DNA of 63,646 nt, counting the filler, from Piptocephalis cylindrospora (lineage: Eukaryota): the NCBI GenBank assembly GCA_003614145.1. It is 29 parts of 29 records of this genome, joined end to end, with 100 filler letters (N's around TTAATTAATTAA, not from the genome) between each part and the next. Parts side by side here need not be neighbours in the genome. Positions count along the whole stretch, not along the records: positions 35,304 to 37,405 come from KZ989080.1; positions 37,506 to 39,602 come from KZ989081.1; positions 39,703 to 41,797 come from KZ989082.1; positions 41,898 to 43,992 come from KZ989083.1; positions 44,093 to 46,183 come from KZ989084.1; positions 46,284 to 48,373 come from KZ989085.1; positions 48,474 to 50,561 come from KZ989086.1; 22 more parts are not named here. The stretch is one strand, 5' to 3'. The notes under the pieces were generated by a model. It was given only the letters and a program-made list of their open reading frames with translations. It made no database searches and was not told the DNA's origin. Below, piece by piece: positions 36,546 through 48,670 of this stretch; position 1 is the stretch's first letter; each line of letters begins with the position of its first letter. Both the position numbers and the translations under genes were made by a program.

Positions 36546-36965
36546 ATGCATTGTTCTTGGATGTCCATTACCATTGGGATTGCCTTTGGTCTCCTAGGCA
36601 CCCATGGAGCCAACGGCCATGTCTACCCTCCTCACTTTAAGAACTACAGGTGCCAGTCGGGGGACCCAGCCATCCCACCAGAGTATGAGAAGCAATTGCC
36701 CTTTGACTGGGAGGCTTATGGTGAATTTTCCACCGGGTCGATCAAAGACGCCAATAAGATATGCCGAGTTCTGGATCCCTACGGGTATGCTTCAAACGAC
36801 TCCTCGAACCAGCCCTTTTTGACTGATCAATATCAGGAATGGGAGTGTAAGCAGGCTGAAGACGAGCAGTATCCCACGTTCTGCTCCTTTCCTGACACGA
36901 TGAAAGCCTTCCTCTCCACCCCTCCCTATTCGGGCTACCATGCCCTTCATCGGCGCTCCCTCTGA
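36546..36965 (+). CDS. Small secreted Cys-containing orphan protein
   Basis: MHCSWMSITIGIAFGLLGTHGANG signal-like N-terminus, four Cys in the mature part, TATAAA at about 36327. Confidence 0.65.
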   Translation: MHCSWMSITIGIAFGLLGTHGANGHVYPPHFKNYRCQSGDPAIPPEYEKQLPFDWEAYGEFSTGSIKDANKICRVLDPYGYASNDSSNQPFLTDQYQEWECKQAEDEQYPTFCSFPDTMKAFLSTPPYSGYHALHRRSL

Positions 36966-37505
36966 ATATTACAGACGAAATGGCTGTCCTTACTCCCAGG
37001 CACGTCCAACCACGGTGGATATGGGGAGGGTGTGCGTGTCTTTAATGTAATTGAATAGAACGTAGGCTGACCTTCTTTGAAAATGACGTATCTTTTTTTG
37101 GCCATTGCCTATATGAGACCTAAAGGCTGAGTAAAATTCCTGGATATTGTAACCACGACTTGGGAAGTTGATATGTCCTGTGCCTCGACCAGTCTTTGAT
37201 GGACGTCACTCAATCGCCTTTTAATAATAATGGTAACGCGTTTTTTGAACGATAATCTATCTTGTAGTGGATCTACCTTGAATTGTATATTTTCTATTGC
37301 TTTGCGCAAAATATGCACTAGAGTCCATTCATTGGTATCATACACACCGATTATTTAGGTGGGTACAATACTCAGGTGTTCATTGGCTTGACTCGCTGAG
37401 AGATGNNNNNNNNNNNNNNNNNNNNNNNNNNNNNNNNNNNNNNNNNNNNTTAATTAATTAANNNNNNNNNNNNNNNNNNNNNNNNNNNNNNNNNNNNNNN
37501 NNNNN

Positions 37506-38001
37506 CTAGGAGAGAGTGCTTGGCCTCCTTGCCACCCTTGAGGATGACGGCATTGGAGGACTTGAGGGCCAGAGCGGCGACATTGATGAGGACCTCGGGA
37601 CGAGCCTCGAAGATGACCAGGAGGACACCGACGGGGACGGAAACGCGATAGAGGTCAAGACCATCGTCTAGACGAGTGGCAAAGTTACACTGGTTGGTGG
37701 GGTCAGGGAGATTGGCAACGTCAGCGACTCCAGCAACCATGGACTCGAATTTAGGGTGACCCTCCCCACCAGACAGGGAGAGACGAGCGGCCAGGGAGGA
37801 GGAGAGACGGCCGGCAGCGACTTCGACTTTGGCAGCCTCGACATCCTTTTGGTTGGCCTCGAGGATCTCAGCCTGGCGGGCACGTAGCTCCTCGCCCACG
37901 CGCTTTAAGGCATCCTGCTTCTGCTGGGTGGTGATGGAGAGGAGAGCGTTGGCGGCGGCACGGGCCTTTTGAGCCGTAATTTGAGCAGGCTGAGCAGACA
38001 T
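37506..38001 (-). CDS. PRO2: Gamma-glutamyl phosphate reductase, 5' part
   Basis: MSAQPAQITAQKARAAA...EILEANQKD...LDDGLDLYRVSVPVGVLLVIFEARPEV...ALALKSSNAVILKGGKEA. Confidence 0.96.
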
Positions 38002-38096
38002 GGTGATGATGGTAGTGGTATGAGGGAAAAGGGGAAAGGGGGAAAGGAGAGAGAAAGAGAGCAGAGAATGGAAGAAGGAAAGATAGGGGAGAGGAG

Positions 38097-38239
38097 GTCT
38101 CAGGGTAGGAGCCATGGTTATCAGAGTAGGGGGTTTGGGGGTACTCGACCTCAGAGTTGTTCTCGCCATAAGTGGGAGTAGCCATGGAAGAGGCAGCGGC
38201 AAGGAGGCCAAGGAGAGTGATGGTGGTAGAGAAATGCAT
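38097..38239 (-). CDS. N-terminus of a secreted protein that runs into the PRO2 5' UTR
   Basis: MHFSTTITLLGLLAAASSMATPTYGENNSEVEYPQTPYSDNHGSYPE, then an abrupt switch to a pyrimidine-rich UTR-like tract. Confidence 0.55.
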
Positions 38240-39771
38240 AGTGATGGATGTAGAAAGAGGGTGGTGTAAGGAAAGGAGATGAAACGAGGTAGGCAGGCCT
38301 CAAAACGGTTTGGACAAGTCGAAGCAGGTGGGGCGGCTGAACCTTACTGCAAGAGACAATGAGGATTTAGGCTTGAAAAAAAAGAAAAGCACAAAAGTTC
38401 CCCTCGCTCCTCTGTGCTGTCAGATGTGTGTGGATCTCACAGGCTGTATTGTCTGCAGGTATTTGTGTGCAGAATAAGATAGTTGGGCGAGGCGTTTGAG
38501 CTCAATCGGATGAGCAGGTAGACTAAACACCGACATCTCCAACAACAAAAGTCACTCTAGAAGGAATATTATCATTTAGACATTCGTCAAACTCATGATG
38601 GAAATTTTTTGTCTTTACAGTATTATTGTATGAAAGTAATTTGGATAATAAGTGGGTCGTGTTAGGTAGTATAGGTTGAATTATACTATTAACTCACCCC
38701 TGCTGGCCGATTATCCTTTTCACAGGGTTGGCTGGTCTGGATACTCAGTTTTTGCCTTCGCCTGCTTCAGGTCACCTCAGCTGCTTTCTCAAATGATCAT
38801 GAATGAAACTATGGTATTAATAGACAAGGAGACCCAACACTGTCAGCCAAATCACCATTTGGCCCCACATTCTGCTTTAGGTCGCTACATCAACGATAGA
38901 AAGAGATGATGTATGGGGAGGACCAAACAGGCCTCAGAAATTAGAAGCATGAAGAGTTCAAAACTCTGCTTTTAAAAGAAATTTTTAGGGATTTAAGAGC
39001 ACTGGGCTTTGCCAGACGAGAAGCTGTGATCAAGTAGCTACACCAAAGGAAAGGAACGAACTGATAAGAAATACTACCAGGGAATATATACGTGTATAGT
39101 CCTCAGCTGCAACTCTGCCCTTCTGTCTGTCGGACATCAAACTCCACTCACAGGTAGATCAATTTTAATAGCGCATGACACCCTTGCTAAACTCCAATAA
39201 AATATACACCCTCACCAACTCTCCGAGCTCTACTTTCTGCCTCTCTGTCCCTTCCGATTTGACATATTGCGCGGCTCAGTATCAACATAACCTGAGTGTC
39301 TATCTCGAGTAAGAATAAGAGTAATGAGCCTTTCAGTATTAAAAACGTTTCCATACTTCCTGTAGTCTAGCCGTCTATATTCTTCCTTTAGGTTGCAAAG
39401 TTCCAGATTCGACTCCGAGTGCGCTATCCCTCCCTTGCACTAGGTCAAGTTCAAGAACCCCAATGACGCCATCTCCACTGCTGGCTACCATCTTCCTTGT
39501 GGATTCCATGGTCAGCTACCCCGAGAGGGGGTGCGCTAATGGTTTTCTGTAGTGTCCATTTCAAAAATTACAGTACAGGGCACACGTCGGGAACATTGTT
39601 TCNNNNNNNNNNNNNNNNNNNNNNNNNNNNNNNNNNNNNNNNNNNNTTAATTAATTAANNNNNNNNNNNNNNNNNNNNNNNNNNNNNNNNNNNNNNNNNN
39701 NNAGGGGGGAGAGGGAAATGGGCTAGTCCTACGTCCGCTCATGCACTTTCATCCTAATTCCGTGGGGATAG

Positions 39772-41797
39772 GGCATCTTGCAAGGGCTGGAGGTACCCTA
39801 AGGAGTGAATTTGTCGAGTTTGAAGTTCGAAGGGCTCTGGAGTGGCTTCAAGGTACGCTCAAGTTCACTTGATCTTCCTTTCCCACAGCCCTCCGGGAAT
39901 GTACCATCTCACAATACCCATCTACTCCTTCCTTGGATAGGTGATAGAAATGAGTCCCGAAGGCATGCGGCCGTCCTCATTCTCAAGGAGCTGGCAGATA
40001 ATGCCCCTACCCTCATCTACGGCTATGTTCCCCAGTACCTTGATTCTATCTGGACAGCCTTCCGGGACACCAAGGTGGTGATTCGAAACGGAGCTGCGGA
40101 GGCTCTCATGTCTTGCCTCCAAATCATCCTGAAGAGAGAGTCTAAGAAGCGACAGGAATGGTATGACCGAATTCTCCTGGAGGCTGAGCGGTGTAGGAAG
40201 CTAGCTACCGCTGATGCCATCCACGGCTCCCTTTTGATCTACCGAAATCTCCTAACCGGCACGGGTATGTTCATGGATTCCCGCTTCTCCGATGTCTGTG
40301 AACTGGCCCTCCACCACAAGGATCACAAGGATCCCTTGGTCCGCCGTATGGTCATGTCCCTCATGCCCACATTGGCCAAGTTTAACCCTGAAGACTTTTC
40401 GGCTCATTACCTTCAACGGGCCATGGCCTTCCTTCTGAATCAACTAAGGAAGGATCGAGACAAGAATATCGGTAAAGTGATTGGTTGATAAATTGAGGCT
40501 TCTCCATGACTCCTCTTTCCTCCTTCTTGATCCCGACTCATGCCTTCTTACATTCACCCTTATGATGTAGTGTTCTTTGCCATTGGTGAAATTGCCGTAT
40601 GTGTTAAAAATCAAATGTCCCCGTACCTTCAGGCCTTCCTTCAATGCATTCATGAAGGCCTCTCTCTCAAGGGCAAGGCCAGAGCGATGCATGAAAAGGC
40701 CATCTTCAAGTGCCTAGGAAAGCTTGCTGAGGCTGTTGGGCCTGCTTTGACCCAGGAAGCTCATGATCTTCTAGACCTCATGTTCTCCGCAGGGCTGACT
40801 GATCCCCTACGTCAGGCCTTGGGCTCTTTGGCCAGGTTTGTCCCTCCTCTGGCTCCGGTGATTCGAGCCCGGCTCCTCAATCTCATCTCCCTCATCCTGG
40901 CGGGTCGGCCCTTCCTTCCCCCGGGTGCCCCTACACCTGCCCCCACTATTGCCCCTTCCTCCATCCATCCGGGGCTTGGGGAGGGCGTGGAGAAGGATGA
41001 GGAGGTCATCACCCTTGCCCTTTACACCCTGGCTGACTTTGATCATGTTACCGCGGCCTCTGGGGCCATTGGGATGAGTGGGATTAATGGGTCTACTTCC
41101 TCAACCGTCGGTCCAGGCTCCTCTTCTGCCGGAGGACAAACTCCTATGCTTCATGAGTTTGTCCATGATACGGTCATCTACTACCTGGATGATGAGCATG
41201 CCGGGGTCCGTCGAGCCGCTGCTCGCACCGCCTGTCTTGTCTTGCAGAGGGAACCTGTATGTCTGCAGGCCTCAGCTCATGCTACCCGCATTGCCGGAGA
41301 GGTGATTGAGCGTCTACTCTGCTTGGGCATTGGTGATCCGGGTAGGCCTTTCTTGCCATCCTTTCCCCCCAGTTTCTTCATCTTTTCCTTTTTACTCACG
41401 TGTTTGTACCTCATTTCTTTCTCTCTTGTAGATGTCTCCATCCGTGAATTGATCCTCTCACAGATGGGCCCTCACTTTGATAGGCATCTTGCACAGGCTG
41501 AACACCTGCGAGCCCTCTTTCTTGCCTTGAACGATGAGTCGTTGCGTGTCCGAGAGCTGGCCATGGAGCAAGTTGGAAGGCTGGCCCAGTACAATCCGGC
41601 CTACGTGGTACCTGCTCTGAGAAGGACCTTGCTCCAGTTGCTTACTGAATTAGAATATTCCACGGCGGCGCGGCAACGGGAAGAGGCTGCACGGCTCCTA
41701 GGAACTCTGGTGGCTACAGCGGGACGGCACGTTCGTCCCTATATTGACGCCATCCTCCGTGTCCTCATCCCCAAGGCCACTGACCCGGCGACTGGAG
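39772..41797 (+). CDS. TOR: TOR kinase, N-terminal HEAT region, multi-exon, partial
   Basis: [15 protein letters not shown] | [47 protein letters not shown] and [23 protein letters not shown]. Confidence 0.97.
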
Positions 41798-43066
41798 NNN
41801 NNNNNNNNNNNNNNNNNNNNNNNNNNNNNNNNNNNNNNNNNTTAATTAATTAANNNNNNNNNNNNNNNNNNNNNNNNNNNNNNNNNNNNNNNNNNNNAAG
41901 TATGAAGGGTCAGAAAGGAGGTTCCATCAGATCTTGGGAATGCGGTTTCGGTAATTGGCACCCTCCTCCCACCCTCTGAAAAGTATTCCCAGAGTCTGAA
42001 GGGAACTTTGAAGATTCTCCACTTTTTGTGTGGAACAAAGTCTGGAGTGTAATGATGAAAATCATTACAAAAGTTTTCACGAAATAATGAACACTCCCCC
42101 CAGAGTTTTCATTCCCCGGTAGGTCTAAAGCTAGCTAGTTCTATACTTCTGCCCCATATATCCCCTTTTCATATATAAGGAACCCTTCTCGTCCCCTTCC
42201 ATCAGGCTTTTGAATACACATCAAATATTTCCCCTCTGTTCTTGTTGCCTTGTTACAGCAAGGGCCTTTATAAGATTGTAACGCAGAGAGGGGTACACCA
42301 CCCAGTCCCCGGTTCCCTCTCTTGTTTCCCTATCTTGTCCTTCCCATCTCTTGCTTGGGCCATTATGATTGGTCGTACTGACGTACATCCATTCATCCAT
42401 CCATCCGTACGCGAGAAGAAGGAAAGAAGTGACATTCATTTAAGTGAACCCTCGCAGTGACATTTCTGGAATTACCATCGGCAACAAGGGTATTTCTGAT
42501 ATTGCCCCTTTAATTTTTCAAAATATCTTCTCTCGAGTAGAGTATACGCAATAAACCTAAAATTTATTAACTTAGTATTTCATTTTCGAATGGACATTTA
42601 CATACTTAAGAAATGTGATAATAAAACAAAAAAATTACATATTCGTAGTCAGTGCCATGACAGCTATCTAATGATATACATTAAAACATTAGGTAGTGGA
42701 CCACCTATTCTAAAGAGCCCGCACCTCTATTTGATCCGTAGGGTTAGGGCTGGGGTAATTTAGATCACCACAAGCCATGGGTACTACGGCTAGGCCTTGT
42801 CAACCCACACTGGATTCAGCCCTCACGGAATCCAAAGCCACATTCACTTTATTTCCAGCCGCGGTAAAAGTCGGTCAGACGTGCCAACTCCGCCCAGTCG
42901 GTCAGGTGGAGCCGTACATCCTGATGCAGCCATGATGGCAAAGTCCCTACCCTTTTTGCCCCTATCTTGCACTTTAAACACATTGTTCATCATCCGTTCT
43001 CCTTCCTCTCTTCATTTAACGCCTTCTCCCTTGCTTCTTCCTTTTCAAGCCCGCCTTAAAGTCACC

Positions 43067-43938
43067 ATGGCCGTTGCCGAGACGCAAGGCATTGAACCAG
43101 TCGACCTAGGTAAATTCTAATTGCTTTCTCCTCTTCCTCAGCCTTAATACCGCATTAAACCATCCCAACAGCCGCTGGCTCTGAAATCGACGAGTATATC
43201 CTGGATGACGGGGTGTTCAAAGGGGGTATGTCGACCCTCAGGACAGCCACCAACAGTGTTGATAAAAAGGTCATGATCAAATTTTTTGTCCAGGAGACTA
43301 GCTATCAACGTGAGCTTTCCTCCCTTTATAGTCTTCAAAAGGCAGAGTCTAGAGTAGGCATTTGATTATGTGAAGCAATGGGATCTATCCACCTCATACT
43401 CACTATCCCGTACCCTCATTAACCAAACCAACCACCGCCCTGAAGAATGTCATTAGCCTCATTGATTACTTTGAGGCGGAGGAGGAGGATGAGTGGTTTC
43501 CACAGTCAGTCATTGTCCTTGAACTGGGCACAGTGAGCCTTCAGCATTGGGCCCACGGAAAGCGTCCTGTTTCCGAGGTCTACCTCAAGTCCATCCTTTT
43601 GGTAAGGGAAAGAGAATACGTGAATAACTACCCCAGATCTGACCTTACCAATTATACTACTATCACATCACTACGCATTCCTATGTTCCTAGGACATTCT
43701 CGGGGGCTTAGAATCCATGTATACTGCTGGGCTGGGTAAGCGACTGCATCATCGGATGCACTGCTTTGTCTTTCCTAAACTGGGTTTGAATTTACTTACA
43801 TTAGGTGACTAATCATCACTCATCCTTTCCATTTACTCCAGTGCATTGTGACCTCAAGCCAGGAAATATCATGCAGTTTACCTGCCCAGGCCGAGAGCAA
43901 GGGATATGGAAGCTCATTGATTTTGACTGTGCTTGCAA
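43067..43938 (+). CDS. Divergent Ser/Thr protein kinase (HCDLKPGN, DFD), multi-exon, 3' partial
   Basis: Spliced: MAVAETQGIEPVDL | ...FKGGMSTLRTA...KVMIKFF...YQRELSSL | NVISLIDYFE...VIVLELG | DILGGLESMY | VHCDLKPGNIM...WKLIDFDCA. Confidence 0.85.
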
Positions 43939-44092
43939 GTACGTACTATTTTGTATTATTTTGTATCAGGTATTCGGCCATCTAGACCGCTCNNNNNNNN
44001 NNNNNNNNNNNNNNNNNNNNNNNNNNNNNNNNNNNNTTAATTAATTAANNNNNNNNNNNNNNNNNNNNNNNNNNNNNNNNNNNNNNNNNNNN

Positions 44093-45669
44093 ATGGGTCA
44101 GTGGTCTAGTAGGTATCAGGACAGAGGATGATCTTTATAGAAATGGGAGAAAAACACACTTACCTGGGCAGGGGGACAGCCTACCGGAGGCAAAGGTTCT
44201 CTTGCTCCACCCACTGGGGTCTGCGATGGGGAGATGAGGCAGAGATGAGCAAGGAACTAAGACCCTTAGATATACTCTTCCTTTACTTACACTCATGGGA
44301 GGTGGAGGGGGAGGAGGGGGAGGGGGAGCTGTAGCCATCGGGACGGGGTCATTCGCATTTGGTCCATTACCTGAGGAGACCTGCTGAGGGGCCTGTGGGG
44401 GCGGAAGAGGCGGTTGGGGAGTAGAGGCTTGCTGAACGGCAGGAGATGCGACAAGGGCAGGGGACCTGCCTCCACCCACCGGCGGTGGAGGTGGAGGTAA
44501 GGATGAAGAGGGAGAGGAGGCCTGGGGGTTGATTTGACGAGGTGGTGATTGAGCCTGAACCGGAGTAGGAGCTGGCTTAGAGGGCTCAGGCTGAGCCTGG
44601 GCTACAGGAGCTCGTTTTCGTGGGGGTGGAGGGGGCGGGGGGTTCCGACGATCGGCCAATTTACCACCGCTACCAGCGCCAGGGAGTCTCGTACGGGGTC
44701 TGGGAGCTGAGGGAGCCGGGCGCCTCTGTTGTGTCTTAGAAGCCGAGGAGGCAGCAGAGCTCCCACCTGGGACAGCGGCATCGTTGGAAATACCACCCTT
44801 GGCCTGGACGTAATTGACGACGAATTTGGCCGTCTCTGCATCCTTGATATCCTCAGTGGAGATGCCGTACGTGCTCAGCTGGTCAAAGAGGCCCTTCCAG
44901 GAAGGATCAATGTTCTTGGTGTCAAAGCCCTTCTCGGGATCCCAACCAATGTGGGAGAGATGCTGGAAGTTAGTGGGCTGGGAGATCAGGCTCTTGTCGA
45001 TGGGTCCACGCTTCCCCTTTTTGGAGGAGCGGGAGGATGAGCCAAACCAGGAGGATGGACCACCATTTCCCGAGGAGGTTGGGGAGGCGTCGCCCGTGGG
45101 ATCCTTCCTCTTCTTGTTCTGGGTCTTGTTTAGAACCTTTCGATAAAAGACAGCTGCCTCATTTTCATCCGCAAAACTGAATCCTGCCAGGCATGACTGG
45201 TGATTTGGGAGGGTGGAGGTGGCTGTCAGAAAGGAAGGAAGGGAGGATGAATGATTGGAAGCAGAGTCAGCTTTACCTCAATGGCAAATGTGTGGAAGAA
45301 TGGTGTATCCTGATGATAGTAAAAGTCTTCATACAATTCTTGCTCCCACAGGATTCCTTTTCCTTCCTGATGGCGGGAGGGAGGGGGAGGGGGAGGAAGG
45401 GTGAGTTTAGCTGATTTGTCTTTCTGCTCCTTCTACATGATCCGACTTACGGCAAGATCAATCAAGCGAAAGAAAAAGGATTGTCCTCGGGACCGGTCCT
45501 GGCAAAAGACGATGGCTCCGGTCATTCCCGTAAAGGACCAGACCTTTGGGTCGGGGTAGGCCAGGAAGAGACGAACGACGGTAGCAGTGAGGATTTTATT
45601 ATTGGAGGCTGGGACGGCCCTCTTGATGGCGGCCTTATCCTCCGGGTTTGGGAGGGTGGCCGAAGGCAT
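44093..45669 (-). CDS. WSP1: WASP family actin nucleation-promoting factor (WH1, basic, CRIB/GBD, polyproline), 3' partial
   Basis: KILTATVVRLFLAYPDP, LWEQELYEDFYYHQDTPFFHTF and GFSFADENEAAVF (WH1), ISQPTNFQHLSHIGWDPEKGF (CRIB), then poly-Pro runs. Confidence 0.93.
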
Positions 45670-46283
45670 CTTGACAAACTGTTACTGAGAGGGTGGTGAT
45701 GATGGTGGCGGCTAGAGATGGAAAGAAGGAAACTATGGGTCGGGTGTTGAATCCAGAGGGAGAGAGGAAGAAAGAGAGGATGGTGGGAGAAGCGGGGAGA
45801 AGACCTTTAAATTGAAGCGAGAGGGAAGCGGAGAGCGGTACAGAGACTGGTGGGGCGGGGGTCTGTCTCCTGTCAATCCTCCCACCGATAATATGTGCAC
45901 TCTGGGATCTGGCCTCTTGTCAGGTTAGGCCAATCTAAAGAGCGGTACTAATATGTCTGGGATACACATAGCCAGCCTGGGAGGATGATTGGGAAGGGCA
46001 GCGGGCGGGATGGGCACGTCCTGCTGTGGTGTCAAGGTGATGATGACCGATGGGGGGAGGGGAGGGCTTGGTATCACTGTGGTGCCCCAGCATAGGGCCT
46101 AGGCTGAGACAGTCAGGAGAGCTTGGATCGGAGTTACCTGGGGGAATGACCTGGTTATAGTTCAGTCTACCTGGGTAATCTATNNNNNNNNNNNNNNNNN
46201 NNNNNNNNNNNNNNNNNNNNNNNNNNNTTAATTAATTAANNNNNNNNNNNNNNNNNNNNNNNNNNNNNNNNNNNNNNNNNNNN

Positions 46284-46869
46284 TTTTCCTCCACTCACCT
46301 GAAGAAGGACTTGGCTGACATAGTCTGGGGCATTCCGGGATTTTGAAGGGAATATTGGGGCCTGAGAAGCGAGAATACCCTTGAGAAGACCCAGAGCATC
46401 AAGACCAGCATTAGCCATTTGATCCATGATTTGAGGTGCATTATTCAATTCATGCATCTTTTTTACATCTAAGGGTCAAAGATTTAGTGTAAGGATGAAA
46501 CATGCAGCAGGGGAGAGAGAGAGAGAGAGAGGTATTCACCTAAGGAAGGGGATGATGTACTTAGAGCCAAGACGGCCTCGGCGGTCTGGAGTAAATGGCT
46601 AGTCTATTCAGCGAGAGAAGGGCGTAGATGAGTATGACCATCTACGATGACACCAAAAGGGTTCTAGGGTGTGAAAAAGGTTTACCTGATCCATGAGGGC
46701 ATCATTATCGGCTTCTTGATCTACCGCCATGGCCTATGACGACAAGGGTGAGTGAAGGAAAAGGGTAAAGCTGAGCTATGCATATACTCCCACAGCTCTA
46801 GCAACTTACATCGACCATCTCGGCGTCATGTACAGTCAGGGCATCATCTGAAGGGGAGCCCAGAGACAT
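46284..46869 (-). CDS. 5' end of an unknown gene with several micro-exons, divergent from RAD14
   Basis: MSLGSPSDDALTVHDAEMVD | AMAVDQEADNDALMDQ | TSHLLQTAEAVLAL... | DVKKMHELNNAPQ..., separated by GT-AG introns. Confidence 0.55.
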
Positions 46870-47266
46870 GGCTGATGTAGTACGGATGGTTTGGGTCATG
46901 GAGAGAAGTTGGAAGAGCGGATGATGGGAGAAGGGGGGAGGATAGGATCTGATATCATCAAGGAAGGATTCCAATTTGCAGTAATCCATGCATAACCTCT
47001 CCATAGTTCGTTAAATTTTCTTTTTTCTTTTTTTTTGGCGAGATGTAAACAGCAGCTGCTCACTTTGGATAAAGTTCAAGGAAAGGTCAGTGTGCCTGGT
47101 TGCCCATGCTTAACCACCAATACTGAGGCTGACACACACTGACTTGTCCCACTTCAAACAGTGCCTGAACAGTGAGACTGGGCTGGGTTCTGATATAAGG
47201 CAGGACTGTGCACAGTTAAAGCTCCCAAGGCCCTCTCTTCCTTCATCTCGCTTACCATTTACGCCC

Positions 47267-48234
47267 ATGTCACCGCACTCAAAGGCACAGGTCACATTGA
47301 CGGAGGAGCAACAGCTGCGTATTGCTGCCAACTTACAGGCTGCCAAGGATAGGTTGGCAACGAAGCGAGCGGCCGCCCCAGATCTGGCCTCTGGGCAGGT
47401 ATCTGGTCAGGCGTCAGGCCCTAGTGGCACTTCCACCCAAACCACCCCAAGAAGAAAGAAGCCAAAGTACGTGGAATATGACCTCTCCACTCTTCAGGAT
47501 TCACGAGGCGGCTTCCTCCTGCCTGAGGAAGCGGAACAGGCGGGCGGGGAGGGCGATCGTCGGGATCGCCCCACCCGTGACCTTCCTCGGCCTTTACCCA
47601 CCCTAGGTGAGAAAGGCTTCATGCATGTCCGCCACATCTCTTTTATCACTCACCTCGCCTTCTTTATTCCCTTACAGCGCTCAGCCTCAATCCCGAGGAA
47701 AATCCAAAGTGTAGGGAATGCGAGTCCACGGATCTGGATGTACAGTACTACACGACATTTGCCGTCAGTGTATGTCATCGATGCCGAAAAGAGGTGGCGG
47801 ACAAGTACAGCTTATTAACCAAGACAGAGTGCAAGGAAGATTATCTGCTGACGGATGAGGAATTACGGGATGAAGCGGTGATGCCTCATCTTTCCCGACC
47901 CAATCCGCACAAGGCACATTGGAGTGACATGCATCTCTTTCTTCGGGAGCAAGTGGAAGACTTTGCCTTTGCCAAATGGGGTAGTCCCGAGGCCCTGGAT
48001 GCTGAGTACGCCCGAAGGGAGGAGGGGAAGAAGGTTCGGGCTGAGCGGAAATTCCGACAAAAGGTTCATGAACTCCGGAGACGGACGCGGACTAGTACAT
48101 GGAATAAGAAGCGCTTACACTCGGGTGAGGAGGATGGACGGCCCCATCGACACAAGTTCACCAAGGAAGAGGGCAAGGAGGGTAAAGAAGTGTGTAGTGG
48201 ATGTGGACTCACTGTTGATGTGGATGAATTTTAA
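47267..48234 (+). CDS. RAD14: Nucleotide excision repair protein RAD14/XPA, complete, one intron (about 47607-47677)
   Basis: YVEYDLSTLQDSRGGFL, zinc finger CREC...CHRC, KYSLLTKTECKEDYLLTD, PNPH, KWGSPEALDAE and C-terminal CSGCG...DEF. Confidence 0.96.
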
Positions 48235-48473
48235 CAATATGGGAAGGGGTGTGGACGTGTATGTATATCTCATGAGCCCTCCCCCTGAGTGACCATGGTC
48301 TTGTTTTCAACAGGATGATGAATTGTATCATTCCCTCCAAATCCTAGTCTTTTCTCACTCCATATCCATCCCCNNNNNNNNNNNNNNNNNNNNNNNNNNN
48401 NNNNNNNNNNNNNNNNNTTAATTAATTAANNNNNNNNNNNNNNNNNNNNNNNNNNNNNNNNNNNNNNNNNNNN

Positions 48474-48523
<50 letters not shown>
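48474..48523. repeat. (GT)n microsatellite at contig start
   Basis: About 25 GT units. The same contig ends in a (CA)n tract. Confidence 0.95.
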
Positions 48524-48525
<2 letters not shown>

Positions 48526-48670
48526 ATGACAGGGAGAGAGGGAGAGGGAAGCAGATTCCTTATGTAACCGCCATCACTGTACTGAAAATTCAGCCCAGGG
48601 TTCGGGTCTTTCCGTATGACGCTGGTGTTCAAGGTCTCCACTCTTTCTTTTACTTTCCATCATCAGCATC

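Noticed and set aside
42738..42755. TAGGGTTAGGG as a telomere
   Set aside because: Fewer than two full units, and internal to the contig.
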